Assembly: GCA_965112735.1 (NCBI GenBank)
Contig: OZ218962.1
Coordinates: 124,001 to 188,000, forward strand
Length of the DNA: 64,000 nucleotides
Source of the DNA: Phaeosaccion multiseriatum
Taxonomy: Eukaryota > Protista > Ochrophyta, other classes
Direction: 5' to 3'
The notes under the pieces were generated by a model. It saw only the letters and a list, made by a program, of their open reading frames with translations. It searched no databases and was not told the DNA's origin. Both the position numbers and the translations under genes were made by a program. Shown one piece after another: positions 60,501-64,000 of this stretch. Positions within the stretch are counted from its first letter, which is position 1. The number at the start of each line of letters is the position of its first letter.

Positions 60501-63462
60501 GGGGGGGCATACCGCTTCCCTTGTGCGCATTGCCACTGCCCATCAAAGTGCGTCTCAAACTAACCAACCTGCTCTGAGAGGGCCTTCTTGAGAAAGTCAT
60601 CCGTGAAGCTTGCCTCGCAGCCCTCCCCGCTCATGCAGCCCACCTGGGCCCGCTGGTTTCCGAATAACGCCTCCTCCACCGTCCTCTTGAGGCAAGTGTC
60701 GCAGAAGAGGTGCCCGTCTGTACACTGCACCATGGCTTCAAAGGGAAAGTCACCGTAGCAGCACCCGCACTCCATAGTCGCGCCGGTCTCCTCTGCGATT
60801 TCCTCGTTGAGCCTTTTGGGTTGGAGGGTTGTTTGTTAGGTTATTGGGGTGTTTGAGAGAGAGAGCAACAGAGCGGAAGTGGAGAGTCGCTGCCCGAGTC
60901 TCTTTTCCTCTTTGCTCTTCCCCTCTCCGACGCCTCCCCTCTCACTCTCCCCTCCTCCCTCCCCTCTCTCCTCTCTTCCTACCCATTCCTCTACCACCCT
61001 CTCTTCTCTCTCCCTCTCTTCTTCCACTCACGACACCCCTCTCCCCTCCCCTCTCCCCTCCCCCCCCCCCCCCCCCACCCCACCCACACACACTCGCTCT
61101 CGTACCTCCTCGCCACCTGTTCGTCCTCATCGCACTGACGCTTCTTCATGTCCGCTTGCAGGAACTTCAACTCCGCCTGTAGCAACGCCCCGTCCTCCCC
61201 AAGCCCCCCCCCCCTCCCCAGATTCACGGGCACGGGTTTCCGCTTCGCGGTGATGGTGCGCAGGCCGGCCGCTGCGAGGCGGGTGACCTGAGTGGCGATG
61301 TCTCCGTCCCTTGCGCTCTTGATGAATTTGTACGTATGGAAATAGTGGTGCTTGTGCTTGATGAAGCACTGCAGGGAGGGGGGGGTGGAGGGTTGAGTAT
61401 GAGTGTGAGTGTCCCCTAGGGTGGAGGGTTGAGTATGAGTGTGAGTGTCCCCTAATTGGTACGGGCAGAGGGAAGGGAAGGGAAGGGAAGGAGAAGACAC
61501 ACATGATGAACTGGCACTGGACTGGGGTTGGGGGGGGAGGGAATTGGCACAAGGCAGTGAGTCATATCGGCATCGACATCGGCATCGACATTGAATGTCG
61601 CACCATCGATATTCAATGTCGCACCTTCTCAATGGACTTTTTGTTGAGGCCGGAGAACTCGTTGGCGAGCCACTGCAGAGCGATGCGGCGGTACCCCGGG
61701 GGGGTCTCCCAAGCATCGCTCTTGAAGTCCTTTTTCAAAAGGCTCTCCTGTCGGGTATGGCAGTGGATGGAGGGGAGGGGAGGGGAGGGGAGGGGATGGC
61801 AGTGCATGGAGGGGAGCGGGCGGGATGGCAGTAGAGACAGGGGGAGTGGAGTGGGGCCTTCAGAGGAGGAATACGCAAGCAGTTGGGCTCTACATAGCGC
61901 TCCCTTCTGCACGGAACTTGTATTCCATATCCACACCTTGGACACACACACACACCCCTTGCTTTGCGTACCTTGCCTTCCCCTGGGCGGTCCGGCTCCT
62001 TGGCCTTGGGGTAGGACGCGCTAGCCAGCAGCTGAATCACAGCCTGCACGTTGTCCCTCGACGCCTGCAGCTTGTCCCGCACAAAAGCATGTTCGGCGTC
62101 GGGGAACACCTCTAGCACCTTGAGCAGCGGCGACACCTTCTCTGACTTATGCTCGCCGGCCACTTGCACCTCGTCGTCATCGACGTCCTCCGCAAACAGA
62201 GCGGCGAGGGCGGCCCCACCTTCGTCCTCGTCGGGCACCACTGTGGCCCTGCTCGCTGCGGGTGCCCCTCGTGCTGCTCCTGCTGCCGCCCCTCTTCCCC
62301 CTCCTCCTCCTACTGCTACTCCACCACCACCACCACCCCCTGCCACTGGCGCTCCTGCAGCTCCTGCAGCTCCTGCAGCTCTGGCTGCACCTCGTCCTTC
62401 TTCTCTTGCTGCTGCTACCCTGCTACCAGCCTTGGCGACGACGTGCATTGCCCTCTGCCTCGGATGCAGTCCCTCACCCGTCCTCCCTCCCTCCCGCACG
62501 GCCACAGGCCCCACCGCCCCACGCCCACCCCCTCCACCCCTTCTAAGCCCGCCCCCAACCCCTTCCGCATCATCAGGTGCCGAGGCGAGAATGTTCGAAG
62601 CCTTGCCCACCACCTCTGTCACAAGCGCGTCCTTGGTAGCCACCCATCCGGGAGGCAGAGCGTCGCCAGATCCCGTACCACCAATACCGCCACCACCATC
62701 GCCAGTCAAGAGCCTCGATAGGTCGGGTCCTCTGCGCCTGAGAGCGTGCTTGCAGAGCCGGGTGAGGCGCAGGACGTTCACATTCCGTAGTGTCCTGGAC
62801 GCCTTCTTCACAACTGCCATCTCCAACCTGTCCATCAGCTGCTGCGGTATCACCAACTGCTGCTGCTGCTGCTGCTGCTGCATCTCCGCGCCTGCGGCCC
62901 CTCCCGCCGCCGCTGCTCCACCACCAGCACCCGCACCAGCAATACTACTTGGCCTCGCCCCCCCGCGGTCCTCTGCCGGGGGTGCCCTACGCTTCGGGGT
63001 GGAGGGAGGCCTGTCCAAGCAGCCCCCCTCTTGGCCTTCGCCGCCCTCGGCCGCTGAGCGCCTCCGCTTCCTGCCCGACGGGGAAGCACCGACACCGCCT
63101 GCCCTCGATCTGGCACGGCTCGCAGCAGAAGGCTTTTCGCCTGGGACGCGCCGCACTTTGTCCACGGACGAGACCTTCAGAGCCTTCTTCATCGGGCGTT
63201 CCACCTCCTTCAAGTCCTCGTCCTCCTCCCCTCCTCCTTTTCCTCGCCCTCCTCCTGTTACTGCTGCTGCTGCCGCTGCTGGTGGTGATGATGCTGCTGC
63301 TGCTGCTGGTGGTGATGCTGGGGCGTTAGGTGGTGCAGCGTCGCTGGCATCGGAGAAGTCGTCGCAGAGGTCCACCACGCTCTCCTGGCTCTCGGCCTCG
63401 CCCAAGTCTTCGTGGACGTTCTGCATGTCCGCCATACCCCTCATGACTTGCACAGCGGCCAT
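57553..63462 (-). CDS. RBR (RING1-IBR-RING2) E3 ubiquitin ligase, RNF216/TRIAD3-like, with a CUE-like domain
   Basis: VLEVFPDAEHAFV (CUE-like); ECGCCY...CTDGHLFCDTC; CPHC...CGRDSCRGCKGEPHLPLSCDE; RRCPSQRC...GCNKMTCPACGTLSCYVCR...YKHFCQ. Exons: 63462-61972, 61747-61625, 61368-61106, 60812-60569, 60376-60284, 59982-59863, 59657-59445, 59142-58999, 58260-57553. Confidence 0.9.
58553..58840. repeat. Intronic minisatellites: 46-bp x3 (58553-58695) and 22-bp x about 3 (58788-58840)
   Basis: GGAAAGACGG recurs at about 58568, 58614 and 58660; GCAGTTACCGCCCCTTTG occurs three times. Confidence 0.85.
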
Positions 63463-64000
63463 GCTTCCTTGCTCGTGCTGCTGTTGCTGTTGCTCTTGCT
63501 GTCGCTACCAAGCCTTGTCATGATGAGTGTGTCCCACTTGTACAAGTTCGAGCAATGTGTGCGAGTGGGGGATGAGATCCGATGCAAGAGTACACGGGAG
63601 GAGACAAGGCGGCAGACAAGCGCACACGTCAATGGGGAGGACAATGGGAAGGAGGGGTCGGGCGGGGGAAGAAAAGGAGGGAAAGAAGAAGATAGTGGAG
63701 AGAGCGATGGATGTGACAAGAGCCAGTCCTTGTGCTGAACGACAGGTATACGTGATAGAGAGAGCCATGCAGGAGGATACAAAGCGGTAGAGCCATACAG
63801 GAGGAAACAAGTGGGCGCTTCGCTCCCCGCTAGTGTAAAGCAGCTCAAAAGGGGGGGAGAGAAAAGAGGGAGCATATTGCGAGTGCATAGCTGCATCGCG
63901 ACCATCAACGCCCATCGAAATAAGCGCTTGATCCCTTCGTTCTCCTTTCCCCTCCTTGCCAAGCTTGTTCCCAATCATCCACACATGTAATCCGCAATAG

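Noticed and set aside
62051-63523. 490-aa plus-strand ORF (also 18642..19790 minus, 36508..37590 plus and 29753..30739 plus)
   Set aside because: Antisense shadows of GC-rich real exons.

Overview
GC-rich, intron-rich eukaryotic nuclear DNA. It is most likely from a photosynthetic stramenopile (ochrophyte); this is an inference from bipartite signal+'AF' plastid presequences and a brown-algal-type Pmp-repeat/multi-TM gene. All gene models were built by hand from GT-AG junctions, codon phase and recognised protein motifs; no database searches were run. About 14 genes are supported: a secreted Cys-repeat protein (runs off the left edge), a Pmp/GGA-FxxN beta-helix membrane adhesin, a frameshifted kinase-RING-RING2 fusion, a coiled-coil protein, signal peptide peptidase, a giant SWR1/Domino remodeller carrying WW + F-box-like + beta-helix domains, plastid SecE-like, a PARP-type zinc finger protein, plastid bTHX/PSRP4, proteasome alpha4, SLBP, an iota-type carbonic anhydrase-like protein, a CpcT/CpeT-like protein and an RNF216-like RBR ligase. 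There is also an NAA20 pseudogene, two copies of a TCGA-flanked MITE and many microsatellites. The most unusual signals are: (1) a dispersed motif CAGTTGGTGATA, mostly in CAG tracts, found in several reading frames, both orientations, exons and introns; (2) an array of phase-0 repeat exons with mutually homologous introns in the adhesin; (3) the SWR1/F-box fusion; (4) the TCGA-flanked MITE. No rRNA, tRNA or CRISPR array was seen.
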